Of a stretch of 64,000 nucleotides of DNA, positions 1-9,193 are shown piece by piece. The stretch covers positions 192,001 through 256,000 of the forward strand of contig CAVRDX010000004.1 of assembly GCA_963719945.1 (NCBI GenBank). The letters run 5' to 3'. Source of the stretch: an uncultured Thermoplasmata archaeon (GTDB lineage Archaea > Thermoplasmatota > Thermoplasmata > UBA10834). How positions within the stretch are numbered: position 1 is the stretch's first letter; the number at the start of each line of letters is the position of its first letter. The position numbers and the translations under genes were made by a program. The notes under the pieces were generated by a model. That model was given only the letters and a program-made list of their open reading frames with translations, did no database searches and was not told the origin of the DNA.

Positions 1-1
1 C

Positions 2-199
2 GATGCCATACTCTCCGTCGTTCAGATGCCTCCAGGCATACCAGTGGCCGGTGTCGGTCTGGATAGGGGAGAGAACGCCGCATTGCTGGCAGCATCCATA
101 CTCGCGCTGAAGGACGACAGGATTTTGACCGCGTTGAAGGCGTATCGTCAGAAGCTCAAGGACAAGGTCATCCAGGATTCCAAGGAAGTTGAGATCTAG
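2..199 (+). CDS. purE: N5-CAIR mutase / AIR carboxylase PurE, 3' part (truncated by window edge)
   Basis: Manual translation [34 protein letters not shown]...EVEI*; the S-x-x-QMP-x-G-x-PV and NAALLA motifs are typical of PurE; TAG at 197-199 abuts the next ATG. Confidence 0.9.
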   Translation, partial: DAILSVVQMPPGIPVAGVGLDRGENAALLAASILALKDDRILTALKAYRQKLKDKVIQDSKEVEI

Positions 200-1147
200 A
201 TGTTCGACTCACAGAAGTTCATCGATCAGCAGATCGCCAAATTGAAAGAGGAAGTGAAAGGCACAGCGATAATCGCAGCCTCCGGTGGAGTGGACAGCAC
301 GGTATGTGCAGGCATCGTCGGCAAGGCGATTGGCGACAGGCTGCTCGCAGTCTATGTCGACACCGGGTTCATGCGCAAGGGTGAGAACGATTCGGTCGAC
401 AAGATGCTCTCCCGCCTGGGTGTCAATCACATCATCGTGGATGCCAGTGACGAGTTCTATGAGGCGTTGAAAGGCGTCACGGACCCAGAGCGGAAGAGGA
501 AGATCATCGGTGAGAAGTTCATACGTGTCTTCGAGCGCGAGGCGAAGAAGTTCGACGCGGAGTACCTCGTGCAGGGAACAATCGCACCTGACTGGATCGA
601 GAGCGGTGGCGGTCTCAGGGACACCATCAAGTCTCATCATAATGTGGGTGGTCTCCCAGTCGATATGAACCTGAAATTGGTGGAGCCGCTCAGGGACCTC
701 TACAAGGACGAGGTCAGGAAGGTCGCACGCGCACTCAAGATCGAGGTCGCGGAGAAGCAGCCTTTCCCGGGTCCAGCACTGGCGATAAGGGTTCTCGGCG
801 AACCTACGCGCGAGTCCGTGGAGATCGTGCGCGAGGCATGCGCCATCACCGAGGAGGAGATCGAGAAAGCTGCGGCCGCTGGCAAGATGAAGTTGCCATG
901 GCAGTACTTCGCGGTCCTCCTCCCGATCAGGAGTGTCGGAGTCCAGGGCGACATACGAGCATATGGGTACACGATAGCCGTACGCGCTGTGGATTCCGTG
1001 GATGCCATGTCTGCCGTCTACTGCAAGATACCGCACGAAGTCCTCGAGACGATATCCACCAGGATATCGAACAAGATGAAGGATAAGGTCAACAGGGTCG
1101 TCTATGATATAACGGACAAGCCACCAGGCACAATTGAATGGGAGTGA
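200..1147 (+). CDS. guaAB: GMP synthase subunit B (ATP pyrophosphatase)
   Basis: SGGVDS PP-loop, [17 protein letters not shown]-terminal [14 protein letters not shown]. Confidence 0.97.
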   Translation: MFDSQKFIDQQIAKLKEEVKGTAIIAASGGVDSTVCAGIVGKAIGDRLLAVYVDTGFMRKGENDSVDKMLSRLGVNHIIVDASDEFYEALKGVTDPERKRKIIGEKFIRVFEREAKKFDAEYLVQGTIAPDWIESGGGLRDTIKSHHNVGGLPVDMNLKLVEPLRDLYKDEVRKVARALKIEVAEKQPFPGPALAIRVLGEPTRESVEIVREACAITEEEIEKAAAAGKMKLPWQYFAVLLPIRSVGVQGDIRAYGYTIAVRAVDSVDAMSAVYCKIPHEVLETISTRISNKMKDKVNRVVYDITDKPPGTIEWE

Positions 1148-1297
1148 TTGTCCCAAAAGAGGTCGGCAAGTCCAGTACCCTCCCCTTCGTTCTTTAAATA
1201 CTCTTCATGATCCTTCTACAGCACTGGCTGCGGCCTAGTGAGCACATTCTCTCGTTCCTCAGCAGAGGCTATATATCCACTCCATGTTCCCTCCTTC

Positions 1298-1873
1298 ATG
1301 CGCATATTGGTCGTTGATAATGGCGGTCAATGGACACACCGGGAGTGGAGGGTGCTCAGGGATCTGGGCACAGAGTGCGAGATTATACCGAACACGACCC
1401 CGGTCGAGAACATCAATGCAGACGGCTTGGTCCTATCTGGTGGATCGCCTCGCGTCGGCCTGAATCAGGAGAGCATGGGGAAGTGCGGGGATTACATAGA
1501 GAAGGCAGGCATACCCGTGCTCGGAATATGCGCTGGTCATCAATTCATGGCGTGGTTCCTTGGAGGCAAGGCTGGACCATCCAAGGTCCCTGAGTTCGGC
1601 AAGACCATGGTCTCCATAGATGACGAGGACGACCTATTCAAGGGACTGCCCGACACCTTGGTCGCATGGGAGTCTCACAACGATGAGGTGACGGAACTTC
1701 CTCCTGACTTCATCGCGCTCGCTCACTCGGACAATTGCCAGATCCAGGCCATGAGGCACAAGACGAAGCCGCTGTTCGGCGTGCAGTTCCACCCCGAAGT
1801 GGAGCACACAGACAACGGATACGACATCTTCCAGGCTTTCGTGGATGTCTGTCAGGCACACAAGAAGGATTGA
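1298..1873 (+). CDS. guaAA: GMP synthase subunit A (class I glutamine amidotransferase)
   Basis: ILVVDNGGQWTH, LGICAGHQ catalytic Cys, VQFHPEV; start moved to ATG 1298, about 29 nt after CTATATAT. Confidence 0.93.
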   Translation: MRILVVDNGGQWTHREWRVLRDLGTECEIIPNTTPVENINADGLVLSGGSPRVGLNQESMGKCGDYIEKAGIPVLGICAGHQFMAWFLGGKAGPSKVPEFGKTMVSIDDEDDLFKGLPDTLVAWESHNDEVTELPPDFIALAHSDNCQIQAMRHKTKPLFGVQFHPEVEHTDNGYDIFQAFVDVCQAHKKD

Positions 1874-1876
1874 GCG

Positions 1877-2101
1877 ATGGATGAAGAGGCTCTCGATATT
1901 TTGAAGGAAGCCATCGAAACGAAGTTGAGGAGCGAATCGGTCGATCGTTCGATCGGTCGCACCGTCCGCAGGCGAGGCCTCGATTTTTCCGTATATATCG
2001 GAATGATGAGCGATATCAGAGACTTTGCAGGGTCCAGAAAACTCTCTCTGGATGACGCCGCCGAAACCTTACTGGAAGAAGAATATCAGGGTCGCGAGTA
2101 G
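1877..2101 (+). CDS. small hypothetical protein (74 aa)
   Basis: ATG 3 nt after the guaAA stop; plausible composition; no family recognised. Confidence 0.65.
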   Translation: MDEEALDILKEAIETKLRSESVDRSIGRTVRRRGLDFSVYIGMMSDIRDFAGSRKLSLDDAAETLLEEEYQGRE

Positions 2102-2476
2102 GCAGCAGACTGCCAGGATCAAACCGATCAAGAACATCGCGAATGCCGTCTTTTTGTCAGATCCGAAGGCGATCGGAACTGGACCGATCATGACGACCCC
2201 TCCAAACTTCGTCTCCGCTGGGCGCGACGCGTTTTCCTCAACAGGATAGACACCTGGCTGCATGGTCTCCATCTGACTCCTTACCATCACGAAGAATCCA
2301 GTCATGAAGCTCATCACTATCAGCGCGGTTCCCAGCATGAACAGGCCACTGGAACCGGAGAATACCGGGAATATAAGGACGAGCGAGACCTCTCCTTCCC
2401 CAGACGCCACGGCTATGCCAATGACCACCAATCCCGTGACGAACATGAGCACAGGAATCATAATGCTCGTTCGCAT
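2069..2476 (-). CDS. DUF131 / TIGR00304-type membrane protein
   Basis: KFGGVVMIGPVPIAFGSD signature, hydrophobic helices. Confidence 0.85.
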   Translation of the reverse strand: MRTSIMIPVLMFVTGLVVIGIAVASGEGEVSLVLIFPVFSGSSGLFMLGTALIVMSFMTGFFVMVRSQMETMQPGVYPVEENASRPAETKFGGVVMIGPVPIAFGSDKKTAFAMFLIGLILAVCCLLATLIFFFQ

Positions 2477-2596
2477 CGTCGCTCCCTCGTCATTCTCTGG
2501 ATGGTCAAAGGTCCGCCCTGGACTATTTAACTTGCGTGAAGCCAGTCACGCAGAAGCCTTTTATTGACCCCTTGCGTTCCGGATTCGGGAACAGCA

Positions 2597-3544
2597 GTGG
2601 TCACACTAAGGGATCATCTCGTTGACATACTCAAATCGAAGGATTTCTCGGTCAGCGAGAAAGACGGATATCTCTACGGTTCGAGGGATGATATCTCGGT
2701 CGTGGTCCTCGCCGCCAGTGACATGTTGATGGAGGATGTCGAGGATTTCATCAATAATGTCTCAGATTTCCACGGTCGTAAGATAGTTGCATCTTTGTCG
2801 AAAGCGGATGACGGCGTTCAGGGATTCCTGCAGAAGAGAGGGGTCCATTATTGGGGGCGCGAGGAGCTCGAGCACGAGATAGGCAACCTGCAGCTCCAGA
2901 CAGTCAGTGGCGGTATCGGCAAGAGTCTCTTGGATGACATAATATCAGACGACTTCCCTCAGAGACTATCGGAACCGCCTGAGCAATCCGTCCCGATCAT
3001 TGTCGAGAGCGCCGGTGACCATGCAGAGCGGATTGTCAAACCGAACTTCATGCTAGAAGATATCAAACATCTGGCTCGACACGAGGTTCAGGGTTACAGG
3101 TTCGACCTGGACCTGGTTCCTCATTATCTGTTTCATTTTGTCCTGAACCTAGATGACGGTAAACAGCGCGCGGGTATCATCGCAGTCAACGCGTTGACGA
3201 GTCAGCTGGAGACCTGGCGTTGGGGCTTCGAACTCGTGGATTCGATCGATATACAGCACACGAAGCGGGAGCCCAAGATCGACCAGGAAATGGCAAATGA
3301 GCTGGCCCGAGAGGCGATTGCGAAGGAGTTCAGGTCGTTCACGGAAACGGTGAAGGATTACGGGCATTCTGAGATAATAGAACGCAAGAAATCCTCTAAG
3401 GACCCGATGATGATAGACCCCAAAGGACTCGTGTATCTTCCGGTCTGGTGCGTCGAAGGCAAGAACGGCGCGATGATCGTGAATTCGTCTAGTGGGAAGA
3501 TCATCAGCGAGCACTTGCACGGTGCGGAAACTAAGCAAGGTTGA
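2597..3544 (+). CDS. hypothetical protein; N-terminal region resembles a degenerate restriction-endonuclease (Mrr-like) fold
   Basis: Long ORF, probable GTG start at 2597; RGVHYWGREELE resembles the end of Mrr-type domains; two similar motifs LVPHYLF and LVYLPVW. Confidence 0.6.
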   Translation: MVTLRDHLVDILKSKDFSVSEKDGYLYGSRDDISVVVLAASDMLMEDVEDFINNVSDFHGRKIVASLSKADDGVQGFLQKRGVHYWGREELEHEIGNLQLQTVSGGIGKSLLDDIISDDFPQRLSEPPEQSVPIIVESAGDHAERIVKPNFMLEDIKHLARHEVQGYRFDLDLVPHYLFHFVLNLDDGKQRAGIIAVNALTSQLETWRWGFELVDSIDIQHTKREPKIDQEMANELAREAIAKEFRSFTETVKDYGHSEIIERKKSSKDPMMIDPKGLVYLPVWCVEGKNGAMIVNSSSGKIISEHLHGAETKQG

Positions 3545-3995
3545 GCTTTCGGAATCGCTCCATTATGCCGAGCCAGTGGGACCCGCGCCAATACACCTTA
3601 CCGCAACCTCCGCACTTCCAGAACTTGTCGTTGCTCGCAAACGCCCCTTCGGGTACGGAATCCTTCGCCTCCTCCTTGGGGAGGCTGACCAGCTCTCCGT
3701 TGCACTGTGTGCACCTGATGGTATCTTCGCTGAACTTCAAACCGAACTTCTCGCGGACCGCTGTCAATTGCGCCTCGAGATCCTCGGTTTCTATCAGCAT
3801 GGCTCCAGGTTCCTTGGATAGTTCCTTGTCCCTGGTCAGGACGAATCGGTTATCAGCTTTCGCGGCTGCTGCAATCTGTTTATCATCCATCGTCTTGTCG
3901 TAAACTGTATCGTATCCTAACATCCGGAGCCATTTCGCCAGGGATCCAAGCATTTGATCCACAGCGAACATCGGCTTCGGCGCATCTTCGCTCAT
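3531..3995 (-). CDS. Mut7-C RNase domain protein (PIN-like plus Zn ribbon)
   Basis: VDQMLGSLAKWLRMLGYDT, LTRD, RCTQCNGEL, CGGCGKVYWRGSH. Confidence 0.92.
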   Translation of the reverse strand: MSEDAPKPMFAVDQMLGSLAKWLRMLGYDTVYDKTMDDKQIAAAAKADNRFVLTRDKELSKEPGAMLIETEDLEAQLTAVREKFGLKFSEDTIRCTQCNGELVSLPKEEAKDSVPEGAFASNDKFWKCGGCGKVYWRGSHWLGIMERFRKLNLA

Positions 3996-4633
3996 TTGAC
4001 CACCTCATATCTCACGAGGACCCCGCTCCCGAGGACCTCTGCCCCCTTCAGTCTGAGCGGCACCATTTCCAATGTCTGAGAAGCGCCATCTCCTCCAGCG
4101 GGAGTCGGCGCCTGCTCACCTCCAATGACCATGCTTCCTATGAATATGTTTACCTCATCGGCTAGCTTACTTCTCAGGAATGACCATATGATGGTGGAGC
4201 CCCCCTCTACGAGCAGCTTCTCGATGCCCATCCTCTCCAGAATCGGAATAAGGCTTTGTATGTCCACTTCGTCTCTTCCGCATCGAATGATCTTTGCGTT
4301 GGGGAATGTCTTGGAGCAATTCTCATTCGTGACGATGATTGTCTCCGCCTTCCCGTCTAGGACCAACGAATCAGACGGCGTTCTCCCGTTGGAATCTAAC
4401 ACGATCCTGATCGGATGTCTGGGGTTCCTGACATACTTCTCCTTCACAGTCAGTTTAGGATCGTCCGAGATGACAGTCTCTACTCCGACGAGTATCGCGT
4501 CCGAGGAATTCCTCAACACGTGCACCCTCTTCTTGTCTTCCTCGTTGGAGATAGGGGTCTGCCTTCTGGTCTTCAATGCTATCTTGCCATCTGCAGACAT
4601 TGCGCAATTTATTGTTATCCGCAAGCGTACCAT
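3992..4633 (-). CDS. 2,5-diamino-6-ribosylamino-4(3H)-pyrimidinone 5'-phosphate reductase (RibD C-terminal family)
   Basis: AMSADGKIA, DAILVGVETVISDDPKLTV, LLVEGGST. Confidence 0.9.
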   Translation of the reverse strand: MVRLRITINCAMSADGKIALKTRRQTPISNEEDKKRVHVLRNSSDAILVGVETVISDDPKLTVKEKYVRNPRHPIRIVLDSNGRTPSDSLVLDGKAETIIVTNENCSKTFPNAKIIRCGRDEVDIQSLIPILERMGIEKLLVEGGSTIIWSFLRSKLADEVNIFIGSMVIGGEQAPTPAGGDGASQTLEMVPLRLKGAEVLGSGVLVRYEVVK

Positions 4634-4799
4634 CCAGAAGAACCGTTCGCACTGCTAATAACCTTTCGGAGCAGAGAGCCAGTGATCCCGAAGGCTATTC
4701 GTCGGGAAGCCATCAGTCTATCGGGTCAGTGCATGCATGGTTTCTGCCCAAGGCGATATTTCCCAACGCTTATATGCGGACTATCTCATCTGGGCACTG

Positions 4800-5570
4800 A
4801 TGGACGGAGACGATATCAAGATCTACGAGATCATGAAGAAGGACTTGCGAGGCGCAACCATCATAGATGGTTTTCCAAGCGTCGGCTTGGTGAGTTCCAT
4901 ATCTGCGAATTACCTGATCAAGGTGCTGAAGATGGAACATATCGGAATCATGGATTCACCTCAGTTCCCGACAGTCTCCCTGATACGCGACGCGCAACCG
5001 TTGAGCCCCGTCAGGATATATGCTGGCGATAAGGGCCCGCGCGGCGATCAGCTGGTGGCGTTCATCTCCGAGTTCCAGGCTCCCGCGAACCTCGTCCGAC
5101 CGATCTCAAGAGCGCTGGTGAATTGGGCCATCGAGCAACGATGCAAGATGATCGTGTCCCCTGAAGGGCTCGTGGTAGACCCCGAGATCCGGGACAGTGC
5201 GGATATCTCAGATGTCGTGTTTGGGATTGCCAGCACGTTGCGCTCGCGCGAAATGCTGAAAGAGCATGGCATACGCCCGTTCGAAGAAGGAGTCATATCC
5301 GGAGTCGCTGGAGTGCTCCTGAACGAAGGGAGGAAGAGGGATTTCGACGTAGTCACTCTTCTTGCAGAGGCTCATCCAGACTTTCCAGATGCAAAGGCAG
5401 CGGCACTCGTACTCGAAGCGATCGATGATATTCTCCTGGGCATTGATTTCGATGCAAAGCCGCTCTTCGAGGAAGCGCAGAGGATCGAAGCACATATACG
5501 GGAGATACAGAAGCAGGCTGTGGTCAAGAAGAGCGATAAGCCAGCTGCGAGACCGCCCATGTATGGCTAG
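4800..5570 (+). CDS. proteasome assembly chaperone (PAC2 family, PbaA/PbaB-like)
   Basis: IIDGFPSVGLVSSI, GVISGVAGVLL, PDAKAAA; ends in MYG (HbYX); TTATAT 30 nt before ATG 4800. Confidence 0.9.
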   Translation: MDGDDIKIYEIMKKDLRGATIIDGFPSVGLVSSISANYLIKVLKMEHIGIMDSPQFPTVSLIRDAQPLSPVRIYAGDKGPRGDQLVAFISEFQAPANLVRPISRALVNWAIEQRCKMIVSPEGLVVDPEIRDSADISDVVFGIASTLRSREMLKEHGIRPFEEGVISGVAGVLLNEGRKRDFDVVTLLAEAHPDFPDAKAAALVLEAIDDILLGIDFDAKPLFEEAQRIEAHIREIQKQAVVKKSDKPAARPPMYG

Positions 5571-6583
5571 GCCGTAGCGATCCTGACGAGCCCACCATCC
5601 TCGGAAGTGACGAACCTCCTTCCCAGGAATTTCTCTATGACCCAGATGTTGGTCTTCGCGTGCTCCGTCAATTCCTCAGCCAATACGGTCGACTTCCCCT
5701 CAGCAAGAGCCATGTATGGTAGCAGCTGATCAAGGCAATGCTCATCTACCGTAGCTCCAGAATCGATGGTTTCCATCAGATCGATCGCGCAGGATTCGCC
5801 GATCGTCTCGGCCCGCACACCCTTCTCCCCGAGAGACGATTCCCCTAATATCGAGTGTTCATATCTTGCAGCGAGGACTATCCCTGCACCGGTACTACTG
5901 CCAGAAGTGATCTGCGATTCAACCTTGACTCGATTGAAATTCACGAGGAACTTGAGGGCGGAGTGCTTCATCCTCGTGACCACATGTTCTGGGAGATTCT
6001 GCGCGAAAGCGATTCCAACGATATCCTTCAACTCTCCTCTCGTGCCGAGGTCGACTGCGTGCAAGCCTCCAGATGGGGCGCAGGTGGCAATGATCGTTCC
6101 TCCACCTTCTGGGTAGAACCCTCTCGATTCAACATCGAGCTCGCAGGTGATTCCAATTTTCTCCAGTAGTGGGATATGGACTCGGGTAATGTACTCTATG
6201 GGTGGAGACCATCGGACATCCGTGCCACCTTTGATTTTCATCCTGACGTCAGATTTAGACATGGATGCTGGCAACAGGCATGTTTGAAGGACAAGGGATA
6301 CGCTACCTGCTGTGCCGACATCGAATTCGAAATCCCCTCCGGTCAGCTGACCTGGCTCGAACGCGATCTCCTTCGAACCTACGTATAATCCTTCCACCTC
6401 GGCATCGCAGAGTTCGGCGACTGCTTCTATGCTGGTGAGATGTTGTGGTGATAGACCCGGGCTTGGACGACCCGCTCGGATATTCGAGACATGAACGCTC
6501 TGGTGTAGGACTGAAGCGAGCGAGACGGCCGTCCGCAGAATCTGTCCTCCACCCTCTCCATACGATCCATCGATCTCGATCAT
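5567..6583 (-). CDS. rtcA: RNA 3'-terminal phosphate cyclase
   Basis: IDGSYGEGGGQILRT, GTAGSVSLVLQ, GGTDV, RGFYPEGGG, TEHAKTN. Confidence 0.96.
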   Translation of the reverse strand: MIEIDGSYGEGGGQILRTAVSLASVLHQSVHVSNIRAGRPSPGLSPQHLTSIEAVAELCDAEVEGLYVGSKEIAFEPGQLTGGDFEFDVGTAGSVSLVLQTCLLPASMSKSDVRMKIKGGTDVRWSPPIEYITRVHIPLLEKIGITCELDVESRGFYPEGGGTIIATCAPSGGLHAVDLGTRGELKDIVGIAFAQNLPEHVVTRMKHSALKFLVNFNRVKVESQITSGSSTGAGIVLAARYEHSILGESSLGEKGVRAETIGESCAIDLMETIDSGATVDEHCLDQLLPYMALAEGKSTVLAEELTEHAKTNIWVIEKFLGRRFVTSEDGGLVRIATA

Positions 6584-7854
6584 GAGATCTCAGCCTTCTT
6601 CTTCGAGAACCTCTTGACGATCAAGTTCACGAGGAAGAACCAAGTCATCATGACGACTGCCAACCCAATGAGGCCCGCTGCGAAATACAGTAACCACGCA
6701 GGAGCGGTCTCATCCCCGCTAGCCACGATGATTGCAAGGCCCAACCCCTCGGCTATGAATGCACCGAATCCAAGCGCGAAGGAATACAACCCCATCGTTG
6801 CTCCATAGCATGTGTCCTTGGACGAATCGGCCATCAATGCGAGAGCTGCAGGTACGAACGCGCCGACTCCAAGGCCCATGATACCTAAAGGAATCATGCC
6901 GAGCAACTTGAATTCGATCTGCCCATCGACCATTTCATAGGCGTAGTCTGAGAAGAACAACATCATCACGACGATTCCGAATATGCTGAAGACGCCGTAG
7001 GCCATGACGGGTATCCTCCCGATTTTATCGGAAACCCTGCCCCAGAATGGTTGCAGGAGACAGAGCGCGACGCCGGCAGCCGCGAACATTATGCCTATGG
7101 TCGCTCCGGAGACATCCTCACTCAGCATGATTCTCGGTAGGTAGGTGATTGCGAGACCTAGCAGAACAGCTATTATCAACCAGATCGGAAACATCAGCCG
7201 GATCTCACGAATCTTGAAGACGATCTTCAGGCTCTGGAAACCTCCCAAGTGATCGGTCTTCTTTATCGCTCGTTCCTTCTTGACAAGTGATTGTAGAAGA
7301 ATAGCTGAAGAGGCAAGTAGCAGTGCGACGATAATGAATCCTGGAATCGGTCCCGCATAATCGATCATGAATCCGCCGATCACTGCACCGACTATGTATC
7401 CGCTGAAAGTGGCGTAATCAAACCACCCCATCTGTCTACCGCGATCACAACTTTCCGCATGGTCCGCGATCATCGCAATTGCGGGTGCTACTGTGGCAGC
7501 AGCTCCGATCCCGTGGATCCCGTGCAAGGTCGCAAGGTACCAGACGTTGTTCGACAGAGTGTATAGGGTTACTATGATGGCTGCAAGCGCGGTCCCGAGG
7601 ACGATTATCTTCTTGCGTCCAGTCCTATCACTCAAAATGCCGAAGTAGTTGGCAGTCAGCATCTCTGCCAATGGATATGGGACTGCGATGATCGCCACAT
7701 TGAGAAGCGCTTCGTAATCATTCTGGTACGGGACGTAACTCGCGATCAGCAGAAGGAGGGCTCCGAAAGCCGTCCGAAGGAAGAAAGTGGATAGGTAGAG
7801 CACCCTCAGATGCCAGGGCGTTCGTATCCCCTTTCCATTGAATATGCCGAACAT
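6580..7854 (-). CDS. MFS transporter
   Basis: About 12 TM segments; motif A GILSDRTGRK and GRVSDKIGR. Confidence 0.9.
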   Translation of the reverse strand: MFGIFNGKGIRTPWHLRVLYLSTFFLRTAFGALLLLIASYVPYQNDYEALLNVAIIAVPYPLAEMLTANYFGILSDRTGRKKIIVLGTALAAIIVTLYTLSNNVWYLATLHGIHGIGAAATVAPAIAMIADHAESCDRGRQMGWFDYATFSGYIVGAVIGGFMIDYAGPIPGFIIVALLLASSAILLQSLVKKERAIKKTDHLGGFQSLKIVFKIREIRLMFPIWLIIAVLLGLAITYLPRIMLSEDVSGATIGIMFAAAGVALCLLQPFWGRVSDKIGRIPVMAYGVFSIFGIVVMMLFFSDYAYEMVDGQIEFKLLGMIPLGIMGLGVGAFVPAALALMADSSKDTCYGATMGLYSFALGFGAFIAEGLGLAIIVASGDETAPAWLLYFAAGLIGLAVVMMTWFFLVNLIVKRFSKKKAEIS

Positions 7855-7984
7855 CTGAACTGAGGTCAGCTGATGTAATTACTTAACACTTATGCAGAAC
7901 GATTGATGCAATATCCTTGTCGAAAGGGTTACCTCAGAATGGTTTAAGTAAACGCTGGACATAATCCTGCGTCGGGTCCAATAC

Positions 7985-9040
7985 ATGGCGGTCGAGGCAA
8001 TCGGCGTCCTGATACTCATAGCCTCTCTGATCGTGATTCTGATCAGCTGCGAGGTCTTCGTGAATGGCATCGAATGGCTCGGATGTCGGCTTGGACTCGC
8101 GGAGACCGCCACCGGTAGTGTTCTAGCTGCAATCGGAACCGCAATGCCCGAGACGATAATACCGATCATCGCAATCTTCTTTGGAAGTGAGGCGGCCGGC
8201 GAGGAGATCGGCGAAGGTGCGATTCTCGGGGCACCATTCATGCTCGGAACGCTCGCCATGTTCATTGGCGGAGTGACGATATGGTATGCCTGCAGACGAG
8301 GAAAACGTGACCGGTGCCTCGTTCTGAAGAAGGGACATGCAGAGCGAGACCTCAAATTCTTCATGTCGATGTACATGATCGCGCTTCTAACCGGTATCCT
8401 TGGCATGCAGGATTCCTTCGATACTAAATACATCAATTGGTGTGCCGCCGCAGCTCTTCTGCTCGCCTATGTGCTGTATCTTCAGCGCACATTGAAAGAT
8501 GAGGCGGACATGAGCGAATCATCGTGCCCTGCGCTTTACCTGGGGCGCGCAATACGAAAGACCCCTCCCTCCGGAATCGCCGGCATGTCGATGATCCTAT
8601 TTCAGGTCGTGGCTGCACTTCTCGGAATAATCGTTGGCGCCAAATTCTTTGTGGGTGAGGTGGACATGATCTCCGAATCGATAGGAATCTCACCGATAAT
8701 CCTCGCCTTCCTCATTGCACCTATCGCCACAGAATTGCCTGAGAAATTCAATAGCATCATATGGTATTGGCGCGAGAAGGACACGCTCGCCCTTGGGAAC
8801 ATAACTGGCGCCATGGTGTTCCAGAGCAGCATCCCCGTAAGCATCGGCCTTCTCTTCACCAAGTGGTCTCTCGAACCGATCAACATAGCGAGCATGGTCA
8901 TCGCTCTCGTGGCGGCGGGTTGGATATTCTATTCGGTGACGGTCAAGAAGCGCGTGGAGTACAGGACCCTGATCGCATCGGGGTCCCTTTACATTCTGTA
9001 CATCATACTCCTGCTGATGTTTCCCATTCATTCGTCTTAG
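7985..9040 (+). CDS. sodium:calcium exchanger family (CaCA) antiporter
   Basis: Alpha repeats AIGTAMPE and PIATELPE, ALGNITGA. Confidence 0.9.
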   Translation: MAVEAIGVLILIASLIVILISCEVFVNGIEWLGCRLGLAETATGSVLAAIGTAMPETIIPIIAIFFGSEAAGEEIGEGAILGAPFMLGTLAMFIGGVTIWYACRRGKRDRCLVLKKGHAERDLKFFMSMYMIALLTGILGMQDSFDTKYINWCAAAALLLAYVLYLQRTLKDEADMSESSCPALYLGRAIRKTPPSGIAGMSMILFQVVAALLGIIVGAKFFVGEVDMISESIGISPIILAFLIAPIATELPEKFNSIIWYWREKDTLALGNITGAMVFQSSIPVSIGLLFTKWSLEPINIASMVIALVAAGWIFYSVTVKKRVEYRTLIASGSLYILYIILLLMFPIHSS

Positions 9041-9193
9041 TAGCTAGGCTACTAAACGTTTGAACATCTGGCCATTCTGCGTTCCGGATAAGTTATAAGT
9101 ACGCACCAGGCATATCCACGCCCGGATGGGATGCAGACCGATTCACTATGAGTTAGTTGGCATCTTCTTCTCAAGACGAGAAGGGAAGACGGG

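Noticed and set aside
1193-1260. TATA-like CTTTAAATA plus a small hairpin between guaAB and guaAA (possible purine-responsive RNA)
   Set aside because: No recognisable riboswitch core, and guaAA has its own proximal TATA consistent with a leaderless mRNA.
5559-5570. C-terminal MYG (HbYX) on the PAC2 protein
   Set aside because: An expected feature of archaeal PbaA/PbaB proteins, not novel.
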